This document shows, in pieces, positions 51,432-61,226 of a stretch of DNA of 64,000 nt. Below the pieces are notes generated by a model. It made no database searches, was not told the origin of the DNA, and was given only the letters and a program-made list of their open reading frames with translations. Position numbers and translations under genes: made by a program. Numbering within the stretch: position 1 is the first letter of the stretch; the number at the start of each line of letters is the position of its first letter. Source of the DNA: Gammaproteobacteria bacterium (lineage in GTDB: Bacteria; Pseudomonadota; Gammaproteobacteria; JAKEHO01); the NCBI GenBank assembly GCA_022614965.1, contig JAKEHO010000043.1:10950-74949 (forward strand), written 5' to 3'.

Positions 51432-52802
51432 TCAAATAGCAGTGCCGCGTAGTTCACGAAAGATCGCCTCTCGCACATTTTTTCCTGCTAGTCCATCCAC
51501 GTTGCCAGTCCATTTAGTCAGCACCTCGCGCTCCTGCGGAGATAACTCCTGACCGGGTGTAATTACTCTTTCACCTAACGCGTATTGTTTCAGTTGGTCG
51601 ATGAGTTCCTTTGGTGAGCTGACGTAGTCCACAGTATCTTGAAGATCAATAATGTATGGGTACAGCCGTGGATCTAATGCTTCGTCAAACCATGGCACGA
51701 CTACTGGTTTCCTGACAGCTATCGCTTCAAGCAATGCCGTTGTATTGAATCCGCAAACTACGTCACAATCTACGATGTAGCCGAATGCGTCACTGCCAAC
51801 CACAATTTTTATATTGGTCGGCAACGCATCGACCTTCCCTAGGCTTGCTTTAAAGGCGTTTGTCTCTCTATATCGCCCTTTGACTTTGATCACGACTTTG
51901 ATGGAAGGATAGTTGCGCGCCAGCTCTACCATGGCCTGGTGGCAGTGTCGAGATAGCACTTCCCAGGAAAGGCTTGCTCTTTCCTCATCGAGGGCCTCTC
52001 CCTGTTCGTCGAAGCCAGATCGGCGCTTACGCCCGATAAATGGGAGGCCGGCCTTGGAGCCGAACGAGAGAAAGAGTACGTGACGCCGTCGAGCATCACG
52101 ACCTCCAGTTCTATACGAATGATTGGCGCGCCACTGATGCGCCCGATCGAGGCGTGGCATCCCTACAACCTGCACTTGGTATGGTAGTACTACGCCCGCT
52201 TCGATCTGCAGTTGTCGCTCAGTTTCATTATATACAAGGATCTTCCGGCCCGTGAACTGGCCACGGCGAGTCCTGTATATTTCCTTGAAAAAATCAACCC
52301 GCCCAGGACTCTTGAGATTCTCCTTATGTAGCACAATAAACGGAATTCCAAACTCTTCCAGCACTCCCGCCAACTCTCGTTCTGCGTAGTAAGCGGAATT
52401 CGCGGTGAGCACCACGTCAATATGCAACAACCTGCGAAATCTCGGCCAAACCTTTTTTAGAAACGCTCTGTAGGCAGCTTTACCCGCGTGCGCAGGTTCG
52501 GCACTTACCAGGTAATTGCAATCATCAATCTCGGGAGGCAAGAACACCGAAGCTATCGCTTTGAAGGCCTTATTGCATACAACGTCTAGGCTGTAAACCT
52601 GGAAACGCTCATCTGGACTCAGGCTTGTCATAGCATCCTGATAAAAACTTTCTTTACTCAGAAGCAAAACGCTTACACGGCAGTCGTGTTTCGAAGGTTT
52701 AACAAGCCGAACGGATAGGTAGAGCAAACCTGCAACGAGGGTACTGAACCTAAGATACGTTGCGAAAAAGAAAGCCTTCCACCAGAATTTTTGGCTCAGC
52801 AT
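51432..52802 (-). CDS. Hypothetical GT-B-like glycan biosynthesis protein
   Basis: 456 aa ORF. GIPFIVLHKE, VVGMPRLD, VIKVK, CDVVCGFNTTALLEA resemble GT-B-fold polysaccharide transferases. Confidence 0.55.
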   Translation of the reverse strand: MLSQKFWWKAFFFATYLRFSTLVAGLLYLSVRLVKPSKHDCRVSVLLLSKESFYQDAMTSLSPDERFQVYSLDVVCNKAFKAIASVFLPPEIDDCNYLVSAEPAHAGKAAYRAFLKKVWPRFRRLLHIDVVLTANSAYYAERELAGVLEEFGIPFIVLHKENLKSPGRVDFFKEIYRTRRGQFTGRKILVYNETERQLQIEAGVVLPYQVQVVGMPRLDRAHQWRANHSYRTGGRDARRRHVLFLSFGSKAGLPFIGRKRRSGFDEQGEALDEERASLSWEVLSRHCHQAMVELARNYPSIKVVIKVKGRYRETNAFKASLGKVDALPTNIKIVVGSDAFGYIVDCDVVCGFNTTALLEAIAVRKPVVVPWFDEALDPRLYPYIIDLQDTVDYVSSPKELIDQLKQYALGERVITPGQELSPQEREVLTKWTGNVDGLAGKNVREAIFRELRGTAI

Positions 52803-53343
52803 TGTGCGCGCCGGTTATGTGGGGATGATTAAAGGAGTCTTGGATGCCTTTGATGAGCCCAATTCGGTAGACGATCACCTGAAAAATACGCTCTTTCGTC
52901 TAGTCGATTAGCTCCGCTGCTCAGGCGGTGCGCCAGATATCCGGTAGGTAGGAGTAAGTATTAAGCCTAAAAATTAGGAATGGCTTACTAGGAGAATTTG
53001 CGAACCTCCACGCAGCGGCAATATCATGAACTGCACCATCATACAAAATACCCTATCTCCTCCAACCAGATAGATGTAGTGCGCGTTCCTTACTACAACA
53101 CTTGTTCCACATGGGCACAAAGAAATGTAATCAAGCCGTGCTTCCGCAGGTCAGCTAGCTGCTGTCGCGACAATTCTCGTTTGCCAATACGTTAGCTGCG
53201 ATTGCGTCTACAATACCAATGCATCAATGCCCTTCACTTTTTTAAACACAAAGTGCCATGAAGTATGACAATTCCATGTGCTTTCGTGTTAAGGCGGCAA
53301 GCAGTAAATTCCTAGGAACTACACCATTACTGTGGTCGTCAAA

Positions 53344-54858
53344 TCATCCAGCAAGTTTAGTTTTAACCGGTCGACTACTAGAATAGAACGCCGCGATCGC
53401 CTCTCCTATATTATTTACGTTTTGTTGGTAAGGAATAAGATTTATTTTCGCGGACACCTTGTCGATATAGCCTTTTACACATTTCTGCTCGAGAACCTTA
53501 GCGTAAAGCAATATCTTGTACCGATCGACATGATATCCCTCTGCAATCCGAGTCAATGCGTCGATACACGCATGCTCATTATTTGTGACGAATATGCCCT
53601 CGCAGTCACGGTACCAACTGTAACCGAATAGCATAGCCGGTATTCCACGGTTAACAGCTTCCCAGCCCACGGTCCCCGAAATCGTCGCCACCGCCTTAGC
53701 TCCGTCGATCAGCTGAAACGAATTCACTGATAGGGGAACAAGTGAAACGCCATCACGGGATGCGATATAGTCATAAAAGGCAAACGTCCTTGCCCGCTCC
53801 GCATGCTGATAGGACTTAAACTGGGACACGTGCTCCTTGACGTAAAGGCGCCAACCCTTAGGGAGATGCCTGGCGAGCAGGTCGATCATTAGATATTGAT
53901 GACCGAAAACACCACCGCTGGGGAAGGCTCGCCGTTCCGGCTCGCATTGCAGGGCAACGAAGATATACGGATGACCAAATGAAACTTCTTTAGTCAATGA
54001 CTGGTAGTACCTTCTCAAGCGCAATCTCTGGAATTTACCGATGATTCTGTAGAAGCTCTTATTTGATTCGCGTGCACCAGTGAAACCAATCAATATGGCG
54101 CGGCCAACCTCTTTTACATCAATCCAAATGGAGGAAAGAAATGCGCTTCTCGATCTGCGTGAATCCATGTGTTGCAGTTTGTATCTCAAGTGAAACGGCA
54201 GGCCCTCTGAATAATCCTTTCTCAATCCATCCAAGTAGCGGCTAGTGCTGTCCGAAAGTTCGATCTGCTTTTTCGTTTCTTTGGCATTAAGTAATACTTC
54301 GCGATATGCCGCCCTTATCTCCTCTGACCCTTTCTCGAATGATGACACTGGAAAAACAAGACCAGGAATAGCAGTCTGCTCGAACATGATCGTTGAAATA
54401 CGAAGTATGGAGCATAGGGCGTATAGGACGTAGTCGAATCCCAAGTGCGGCGGTGGTCTAAATACCACAACGTCAGGGCGGAAACGCTCAAGCACCGCCT
54501 TCCAATAACTTACCTGTGAATGGTAGGCAAACAGGCGCTTTTGATAGCTAAACGACCCATCGAAATTCAACCTGTCGAGCATCTTTAGAAAAATGGGCTC
54601 ATGAGAGGACAGGCTCGTCAGGATATTCTGGTCAAGCGGTGCCGGGCGAACATCCTTGATTTGCTTCGGTGGAATACTCCGTTTCGCCAGGGCATGCATA
54701 TGGAACACTGTATTCGGAAGCAGTTCTTGCACTTTGGCTTCCCCACCCCTATTGCCAATGACGTATTGAATCTCCCAGCCGTAACGACGCTCTAAATAGG
54801 AAGCGACTTCCACCCAAAAAGGCAGCGAACATTGAGCAAAAAAAGCTTTAGTGGTCAT
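53344..54858 (-). CDS. Capsule biosynthesis (KpsS/Capsule_synth-like) GT-B protein
   Basis: YIFVALQCEPE, LYVKEH, LIDGAKAVATISGTVGWEA. ATG 54858 follows AAAGG. Confidence 0.7.
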   Translation of the reverse strand: MTTKAFFAQCSLPFWVEVASYLERRYGWEIQYVIGNRGGEAKVQELLPNTVFHMHALAKRSIPPKQIKDVRPAPLDQNILTSLSSHEPIFLKMLDRLNFDGSFSYQKRLFAYHSQVSYWKAVLERFRPDVVVFRPPPHLGFDYVLYALCSILRISTIMFEQTAIPGLVFPVSSFEKGSEEIRAAYREVLLNAKETKKQIELSDSTSRYLDGLRKDYSEGLPFHLRYKLQHMDSRRSRSAFLSSIWIDVKEVGRAILIGFTGARESNKSFYRIIGKFQRLRLRRYYQSLTKEVSFGHPYIFVALQCEPERRAFPSGGVFGHQYLMIDLLARHLPKGWRLYVKEHVSQFKSYQHAERARTFAFYDYIASRDGVSLVPLSVNSFQLIDGAKAVATISGTVGWEAVNRGIPAMLFGYSWYRDCEGIFVTNNEHACIDALTRIAEGYHVDRYKILLYAKVLEQKCVKGYIDKVSAKINLIPYQQNVNNIGEAIAAFYSSSRPVKTKLAG

Positions 54859-54937
54859 GACGAACCTTTGGGGTAACAAATTGCCGATTACATGTATGTA
54901 GCCTTTGCCTCCAGTAGTAATGCGCCCTGGAGTTAAA

Positions 54938-55879
54938 TCAAACTGTGCTAGTGCCTGCCAATGCAGTATCGAAATCGGGCAGCATTCGATACTTTGCTAG
55001 CGCATGGCGGATAGCTACCTTTTCTTCCTCGTTGACGTCTCTATAGTAAGAGGTCGTGTATTCCTTACAGATACCCCGGAGATAAAGAATATATTTTTCC
55101 TCGGCGGCAGGAAGGAAATTGTCTTTATGTGTCCCTTTAGGCAACGCGTCGAGAAACTCGTTCAACCGAAGCTGGGCAGCCAATGCCCCTTGATGGTCGC
55201 GTGCCTGAAAAAGGTCATAGATCTCCTGCATTGGCTCTGGCAGACAGCTGGCGAGGCTACTCGTACTGCCCAGCGCCCCCATACTGAGCGTAATACAGAA
55301 TTGCTTTGCAACGGCGGTGATGACCTGGAAACCGTCGCGGGCTAGACTGATGACTGTTAAAAGGTCGGTCGTGTTGCGGTTGCTGAATTTAATTCCAGCG
55401 ATGTTTGAGTGCTCTGATAGATTTTTCACAAAGCCAGGCGTAATCGGCCGGGCCCAGTTAGCGCTGGTGTAGAGCCACAGCGGCTTAGGCGCGTAATCGG
55501 CGATGCGTCGATAGTACCAGTCCAATCGATCAAGGCTGAGCAGAAGATGGTACGGCATCACATGATAGGCATCGAACTCCAGATGCTTGGTTGCATCGAT
55601 GAACTCAAAGGTGTCATCCATGCAAAAGAACCCAGCGCCAATCGCAAGTGGCAGACGCCCCGCATTCCGTTTACAGATTGCTTCAGCCGCCTGTAGTCGC
55701 TTACGGAAGGAAAGATTCATATCTTCACTGTTGGTTCCGAGCGCCCAAAGGCCACCTACTTGGCGCTCGATCAGAAAATCGATAAGTCTTTGCTGGCCGG
55801 CCACATCGATGGAGTCATCCTCGTCCAGCGGCGTAATGACAACCGGAATGACTCCCTTGAATAGCCTACACTCTTGCAT
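54938..55879 (-). CDS. DapA/NanA-family class I aldolase
   Basis: GVIPVVITPL, LGTNSE, LWLYT, AGIKFS (Schiff-base Lys). Confidence 0.88.
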   Translation of the reverse strand: MQECRLFKGVIPVVITPLDEDDSIDVAGQQRLIDFLIERQVGGLWALGTNSEDMNLSFRKRLQAAEAICKRNAGRLPLAIGAGFFCMDDTFEFIDATKHLEFDAYHVMPYHLLLSLDRLDWYYRRIADYAPKPLWLYTSANWARPITPGFVKNLSEHSNIAGIKFSNRNTTDLLTVISLARDGFQVITAVAKQFCITLSMGALGSTSSLASCLPEPMQEIYDLFQARDHQGALAAQLRLNEFLDALPKGTHKDNFLPAAEEKYILYLRGICKEYTTSYYRDVNEEEKVAIRHALAKYRMLPDFDTALAGTSTV

Positions 55880-55884
55880 TGTCC

Positions 55885-56610
55885 TTACGCCTCTGCCTTC
55901 ACATGTCGTGCTCGATAGGTCATAAACGCTTCCGCCACAAGCAGATCAAGCTCATTGTCGACATCGACTGAATGCAGCTGGTCCATAACGAGCGGTACCT
56001 GTTTCGGCGAAATAAGTTTGCGCTCTCTGACAAAATAGTTTCTTTTCGCTGCATAGATGGATGCGTTGTATAGGTAAAAGGGCTCCCAACCAGCTGCATC
56101 CTCTCCATCGCAATAGGCTTGAAGCACTCCGTTTCGGATCCTCTTCAGATTGGGATCCCGCTTTTTAAATGGTCCTTTAACGCTTGCAAGCGTGAGGAGA
56201 TCAGATTTCCAAAGCAGATGCACTGCCTCATCAATGTGCTTCGGATCTCGAATTGGACAGCTTGGTTGCAAGAGCACAACGATGTCGTAAGGTTTGCCCG
56301 TTTGCCCCTCCATGAACTCGAGGGCATGTGCAACGGTGTCGATGTTGCGCACCTCATCCGTCGCGAGATGGGCAGGTCTCACAAACGGTGTCGCCGCGCC
56401 TTGCTTGCGGGCAAATTCCAGAATTTCCTCGTCCTCCGATGACACCAGATAATCCGTCAGCATGGTTGCTCTCTGTGCCGCCTCAATCGTGTATACCAGC
56501 ATTGGCGTGCCAAGTATTGGTTGGATATTCTTTCTTGGCAGCCTTTTGGAACCGCCGCGTGCTGGAATGACCGCTAGGGTCCGTGGCTTAATTTTGTTCT
56601 TATCGCTCAA
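55885..56610 (-). CDS. Acylneuraminate cytidylyltransferase family (NeuA-like, copy 2)
   Basis: VIPARGGSKRLPRKNI, SSEDEEI, FVRPAHLATD, LLQPSCPIR, NASIY, VDVDNELD. Confidence 0.93.
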   Translation of the reverse strand: MSDKNKIKPRTLAVIPARGGSKRLPRKNIQPILGTPMLVYTIEAAQRATMLTDYLVSSEDEEILEFARKQGAATPFVRPAHLATDEVRNIDTVAHALEFMEGQTGKPYDIVVLLQPSCPIRDPKHIDEAVHLLWKSDLLTLASVKGPFKKRDPNLKRIRNGVLQAYCDGEDAAGWEPFYLYNASIYAAKRNYFVRERKLISPKQVPLVMDQLHSVDVDNELDLLVAEAFMTYRARHVKAEA

Positions 56611-56619
56611 ACGCCAACT

Positions 56620-57633
56620 TTACTCGTTGACGCCCCGGTTCCTCCAGTGCCGCGTACCGCCGCCGGGACGGTATCTAAGCGGCTTTTTGGGGAGCAGGAA
56701 CCTGAGGCAGCTACGCAGAAATTTTACTACTCCCACTGGAAGATAAGGCTTTATCATAGACCACACAGGAATTACAAAGAGCCGCAATACAGTTGGCCAC
56801 AGTTGCCTTCGCAGCACCGCGCCAAGGATAATCGGCGTATAGGCCTTACGCCACCAGGGAACTACCGGTGATCGTAGTATGGCGCCCGCCAAGACCGTAT
56901 TCTTCTTTCGTAGGATCCCTCTTTCCCCCCTAAGTATGTTGTAGACCTCGTTCGGCCTGCGTTGCCTCTGCGATCGATCATGGATGGTCTTGCGAAGCAG
57001 AATGTGATCAACATACCGAAATCGTCCGGCCAGTGCCAACTGAACAAGTAGAAGGCGATCAAGGCCCGGAATGTCGGTGTACAAGGAAAAGGCCTGCTGC
57101 AGCACTTTGGTGCGATGTAACCCAAGGCAGTAAAAATTTTCTTTTAAAACCTTTGGATAGCCAAGAATAGATAAAGCCATTTTCAGATGACCCTTCCTTG
57201 CAGGTGAGTCGTCACCGGTAAAACGGATAGTATCGAACACTAAGCCCTGAGGACTTACCCGCTCAGTCGCACACATGGCCAGCACTGCATCAGGGTACAG
57301 CTCGAGTTCGCCGACCAGGCGGGACACAAAGTCGGGGGCCCACCAGTCGTCGGCGGCGGCCCAGGCAAAGTAACAACCCTTTGCCTTACTCAGTACCTTC
57401 TGAAAGTTCGCGGTAATGCCTACGTTTGTTTCGTTCCGGCTGTAACTAATAATTGCGTATCTTGTCATGTAATCTCGGCAGATATTCGGCGTATCGTCCG
57501 TTGATGCATTATCAGAGATCAAGATTTCAAGATTTGGATAGTCGGACTGAACTAATGAGTCGAGGCTGCGGCGTAGGGTGTTGGCACCATTTCGCACTGG
57601 CATACCTACGGTAACAAGCGGATATTTACTCAT
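56620..57633 (-). CDS. Glycosyltransferase family 2
   Basis: VTVGMPVRNG, ISDNASTD, NVGITANF, AWAAADD. Confidence 0.92.
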   Translation of the reverse strand: MSKYPLVTVGMPVRNGANTLRRSLDSLVQSDYPNLEILISDNASTDDTPNICRDYMTRYAIISYSRNETNVGITANFQKVLSKAKGCYFAWAAADDWWAPDFVSRLVGELELYPDAVLAMCATERVSPQGLVFDTIRFTGDDSPARKGHLKMALSILGYPKVLKENFYCLGLHRTKVLQQAFSLYTDIPGLDRLLLVQLALAGRFRYVDHILLRKTIHDRSQRQRRPNEVYNILRGERGILRKKNTVLAGAILRSPVVPWWRKAYTPIILGAVLRRQLWPTVLRLFVIPVWSMIKPYLPVGVVKFLRSCLRFLLPKKPLRYRPGGGTRHWRNRGVNE

Positions 57634-57770
57634 CGCACGCGTCAATCAGCTATGTCAAGCTAACCATTGTTCGCAATGCGCTTCAAATAGCCACCGGGCC
57701 AGTTAGTGACTGGTTCAGCGACGACCGTTCCTACAATAAAAGAGAAAACAGGCTGCTCGCGAAGGCGATC

Positions 57771-58550
57771 CTATTCATTTTGCTCTGGAAGGCGTCGTAG
57801 CCAAGCACCAGTCCAATGAGTTACGTTTTCAGTGAGCGCGCTCTCGTTGAACGGCCATGGTGGTTGCTCGGGCACGAACTCCGGATGCGCCCGCGCGAAC
57901 TCAACCGCCGCCGCTGCGGGGTTGTCGGTCGCCCAGTCGGGCGCGCCCCGGGGCACGTCGTGGAGGTCGCGCATCACTCCGTCTGTGGCGACGATATAGG
58001 ATCCGGGAGTTACCAGGCTGCAGTACGCCTCGAGTTCAGCGAGCACATAGCTCTTGGTGTGGTTGGAGTCGAGCAACACCATCACCTTTTCACCTTCCCT
58101 AATTAACGCTTTCGCACGCGTTATAACATCCGGATCGATGGAACTACCTTCGATCAGAGTGATCAGCGGCGCTAGCGTGTGCGATTTGATTGCTTTTCGG
58201 TTACGCGGCCTTATCTCGATGTCGATTCCGATCACGCGGCCCTTGCCTAGCGCTCTGGCAAGACTCGCGTAGAGTATGAGCGAGCCGCCGTGGGCAACTC
58301 CCGTTTCCACGATCACGTCCGGCCCTACTCGATGGATCACCTCTTGCACCCGTACGATGTCCTCTGGTAGCTGGATGATGGGGCGACCCATCCAGCTGAA
58401 TGTGTACTGGTATTTCTCGTTCCAGCCGACTCTCACCCACTGGCGAGCGATGAGCTCGAAGGCCGGGCGAGAGTAGAGCTCCAGGGTCCGCGAGCGCCCT
58501 GCTTCTTCAACAACGAGGGTACGCGCTGTGGTGTCAATGGTGAGCTTCAT
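57771..58550 (-). CDS. CmcI/cephalosporin hydroxylase family (rhamnosyl O-methyltransferase-like)
   Basis: YTFSWMGRPIIQLPED, IVETGVAHGGS, VIGIDI, LDSNHT, YIVATDG. Confidence 0.9.
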   Translation of the reverse strand: MKLTIDTTARTLVVEEAGRSRTLELYSRPAFELIARQWVRVGWNEKYQYTFSWMGRPIIQLPEDIVRVQEVIHRVGPDVIVETGVAHGGSLILYASLARALGKGRVIGIDIEIRPRNRKAIKSHTLAPLITLIEGSSIDPDVITRAKALIREGEKVMVLLDSNHTKSYVLAELEAYCSLVTPGSYIVATDGVMRDLHDVPRGAPDWATDNPAAAAVEFARAHPEFVPEQPPWPFNESALTENVTHWTGAWLRRLPEQNE

Positions 58551-58551
58551 G

Positions 58552-59715
58552 TCAGGCAAGCTCGACCAAGTTTGCCTCAATGCCGGACGTGCGTAGCAGC
58601 GCGGCATTCTCCTCGCGGTAGTTGGGATTCATGAGTATCACGTTCCGCACGCCACGGACGGTAAGCTCTTCGTGTGACACGATCGGGTGACCGCTGCCCG
58701 GCACGAACTTTCCCTGTTTCGCGGGATTGAGGTCCACGATGCAGTCAATCAACCTGGCGTCCGGATCGACGAGATTGGCAAAGGTTGCACCCTTTGCTCC
58801 GGCGCCCCAAAGGGCGACTTGCCCAGTGCGCTCAAGCTTGCGCAAAGCGTCACTCCAGCGCGTCGCTTGTCGGACCTCAGACTCAGCGAAGGTGTCGGCG
58901 AGCTCAGGAACCGCCCCCACTGCCCACCCCGGCTCTTGCATTCCCGATGCGATCTTGGCTTCGAGCCACAGGTACTGGCCGCCGAACAGGGTGCGCACGG
59001 CGACAACATGAAAGCCAGCAGCACGAAACGCTGCGGCGAGCGAGTGTGCCGAGAACAGCGAGCAGTGCTCGTAAAAAAAGTCCCAGATTACCCGGTTCCT
59101 GAGAATCCACTCAACGCACGGTGTCTCGAAATAGACGCGCGCTGCCGTGCAGTGGGCGAGCACTTGGCGAACTGATTGCAACAACTCGAGCGGCTGCGCG
59201 ACATGCTCTATCACGTGCCGGCAAACGACGACTTCGGCCCCGCCGACTGCGCTGCCCGGCCCAAACAACTCACGGCGGAACGTGAGGCGGCCGCCGCAAA
59301 CGCTGTCCGGGCCAGTGTAACTCGGGTCGAAGCCGATGCCGCAATTCTCGGCACCCGGATATGCAACGAGCCGGCGCAAGAAACCACCCTTGCCACAGCC
59401 CACCTCGACCACGAGACTCGCGCGCACACCTTCGTCGAGCACGAGGTGGCGCACGAGATCGTCGAGATAAGCAGCGAAAACAGGGGAGCAATCCTGAGTG
59501 TTGTCGTAGTCCTTACCGTAAGAAAGTTGGTCCTCGCGGAAGGCTGCATTAAAGATAAACCCGCAGGTGCCACAGACCGCCATCTCGAGCGCGCCGCGCG
59601 ACACGGTGCGCGCGGACGAACGTTCCTCGCAGAGCAGGTTCTGATGCACCGGGACGTTGGGGCGGCGCAGAAACACCCGAACCTCGCAGTTGCTGCAGAG
59701 GGGGCAAGAGGACAT
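58552..59715 (-). CDS. NDP-hexose C-methyltransferase-like class I SAM enzyme (copy 2)
   Basis: N-terminal CPLC...CGTC zinc site, EVGCGKG, RHVIEH, FYEH, LWGAGAKG, VDLNPAKQGKF. Confidence 0.88.
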   Translation of the reverse strand: MSSCPLCSNCEVRVFLRRPNVPVHQNLLCEERSSARTVSRGALEMAVCGTCGFIFNAAFREDQLSYGKDYDNTQDCSPVFAAYLDDLVRHLVLDEGVRASLVVEVGCGKGGFLRRLVAYPGAENCGIGFDPSYTGPDSVCGGRLTFRRELFGPGSAVGGAEVVVCRHVIEHVAQPLELLQSVRQVLAHCTAARVYFETPCVEWILRNRVIWDFFYEHCSLFSAHSLAAAFRAAGFHVVAVRTLFGGQYLWLEAKIASGMQEPGWAVGAVPELADTFAESEVRQATRWSDALRKLERTGQVALWGAGAKGATFANLVDPDARLIDCIVDLNPAKQGKFVPGSGHPIVSHEELTVRGVRNVILMNPNYREENAALLRTSGIEANLVELA

Positions 59716-59734
59716 CAGCAGGGCGTATAGGTTC

Positions 59735-60481
59735 TCAGAGCGCGCAATACGAGACGTAGGAGTCGAGTGGGAAGCGCTCGATCTGCAGGTTGTGCAATCC
59801 GAGCACCTCATCGACGGCCAGCGTCTCACCAGGAAACATCTTTGCATTGAGTTCGTCGAAAACGATGATTGACCCCTTCGGCATTCGGGACACGAAGGTC
59901 TGTAGCGCTGCCACAGTAGGCTCGTAGAGGTCCACGTCGAGGTAGAGCATCGCAACCACGAGATGAGGGTTGGCCTTCAGGTATTCGGGGGCGGTGACGC
60001 ATACATCGCCCTTCACCAACTCCACCTTCTGGATGTGCGCAATCGGCCGGTTCAGATTGTAAAGCTTGACTGCCCGCTCTACATCCTCCAGTGTGGAGCC
60101 TGCAAGCCCGCCAGCGGTAAGATGCGCTGAATCACTGGTTGTGGCATCCTTCCCGCTCACCGAGGGAAACCCGCTAAAGGTGTCGAAGCCGATGATCTTG
60201 CGTACATGGTTCGCCGGCTCAAGCAGTGACGAGAGCTTGGCGAACGTTAGCAGCCCGGCTCCGTGCAACACGCCGCACTCCACTATTGAGCCGTTGACGT
60301 ACAGGATCTTCTTGAAAATCTCATAGCGGGCCAGGAACTTGCCGATTGCCTGGCGCGAAGCAAACTTGGGAAAGGCGTCGATCTTTTCGGCAACTGTACC
60401 TGCCGCAGACTTGAAAACTTCTGCCATTAGCTCGAACTGCGCGCTGTCGGCAGTGGACTGGTTCTTCGGTTCCCTGATCAT
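59735..60481 (-). CDS. TylF/MycF/NovP-related O-methyltransferase
   Basis: GSIVECGV, IIGFDTFSGFP, LVKGD, LYLDVDLYEPT, IVFDE. Confidence 0.85.
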   Translation of the reverse strand: MIREPKNQSTADSAQFELMAEVFKSAAGTVAEKIDAFPKFASRQAIGKFLARYEIFKKILYVNGSIVECGVLHGAGLLTFAKLSSLLEPANHVRKIIGFDTFSGFPSVSGKDATTSDSAHLTAGGLAGSTLEDVERAVKLYNLNRPIAHIQKVELVKGDVCVTAPEYLKANPHLVVAMLYLDVDLYEPTVAALQTFVSRMPKGSIIVFDELNAKMFPGETLAVDEVLGLHNLQIERFPLDSYVSYCAL

Positions 60482-60494
60482 AGCGGGATCCCCC

Positions 60495-61226
60495 TTAAAG
60501 CCTTATGACTCCGCCCATTTTGGGGTCCAGCGGTAACCCTAAGGACGTATAGCGTGGTTGCACCGAATAGCGGATGCCATCGGATATGTTTAGATTGGAA
60601 GAGTGGAGAAGCAGTGCAGAAAACAATAGGGCGTCCCCCTTCTCCATCTTCACCATCCTAATTTCGCTATCGAAGATGTTTGAGGGAATACTTTTCTTAC
60701 CGATTACCAAATCGTGTTCGATAGCTCCTAGCTTATGCGATCCGGGCATAACACTGAGGCATCCTTTTGCAAATGGCGTATCCTGCAATGGAACCCAGAC
60801 CGTGACCACATCGGTATTTCCTCGCACATAAAAGTAGTCTTGGTGCCAGTGTGCAAGCTCCCGGGTCCACAGCGGCAAATCAATGCGGAACGGAATTTTT
60901 TGTAGCAGCCCACATGTGTCATCCAGCAAATGCCTCACGGGTAGAACGAGCCCAGGTTGCTGCGAAAACTCTTCGAGCCAGCGAGACTCTCTTATCTTAA
61001 CGTACACCTCTGATTCAAGATCCGGGCGGGTGTTGAAAAGGTCAATGATTGGCACGCCAAACGGTTCACCGAATGCTTGACCAGTCACTTTCTTAACAAG
61101 GTCAAGATAACGTTCCAATAGGTGGTCGATGACGCTGTGAGGCACGGCACCGCGAAGAAGTGTGAAGCCCTTGTCCCGATAGTCAGAAATCCAGGAGACC
61201 GCCTCAGGCGGAACGTTCACAGTCAC
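60495..61226 (-). CDS. Phytanoyl-CoA dioxygenase (PhyH) family Fe(II)/2-oxoglutarate oxygenase
   Basis: YRDKGF, HWHQD, VTVWVPLQD, GCLSVMPGSH, GDALLF...LLHSS..N, RYS. Start uncertain (GTG 61226 or 61220). Confidence 0.88.
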   Translation of the reverse strand: MTVNVPPEAVSWISDYRDKGFTLLRGAVPHSVIDHLLERYLDLVKKVTGQAFGEPFGVPIIDLFNTRPDLESEVYVKIRESRWLEEFSQQPGLVLPVRHLLDDTCGLLQKIPFRIDLPLWTRELAHWHQDYFYVRGNTDVVTVWVPLQDTPFAKGCLSVMPGSHKLGAIEHDLVIGKKSIPSNIFDSEIRMVKMEKGDALLFSALLLHSSNLNISDGIRYSVQPRYTSLGLPLDPKMGGVIRL

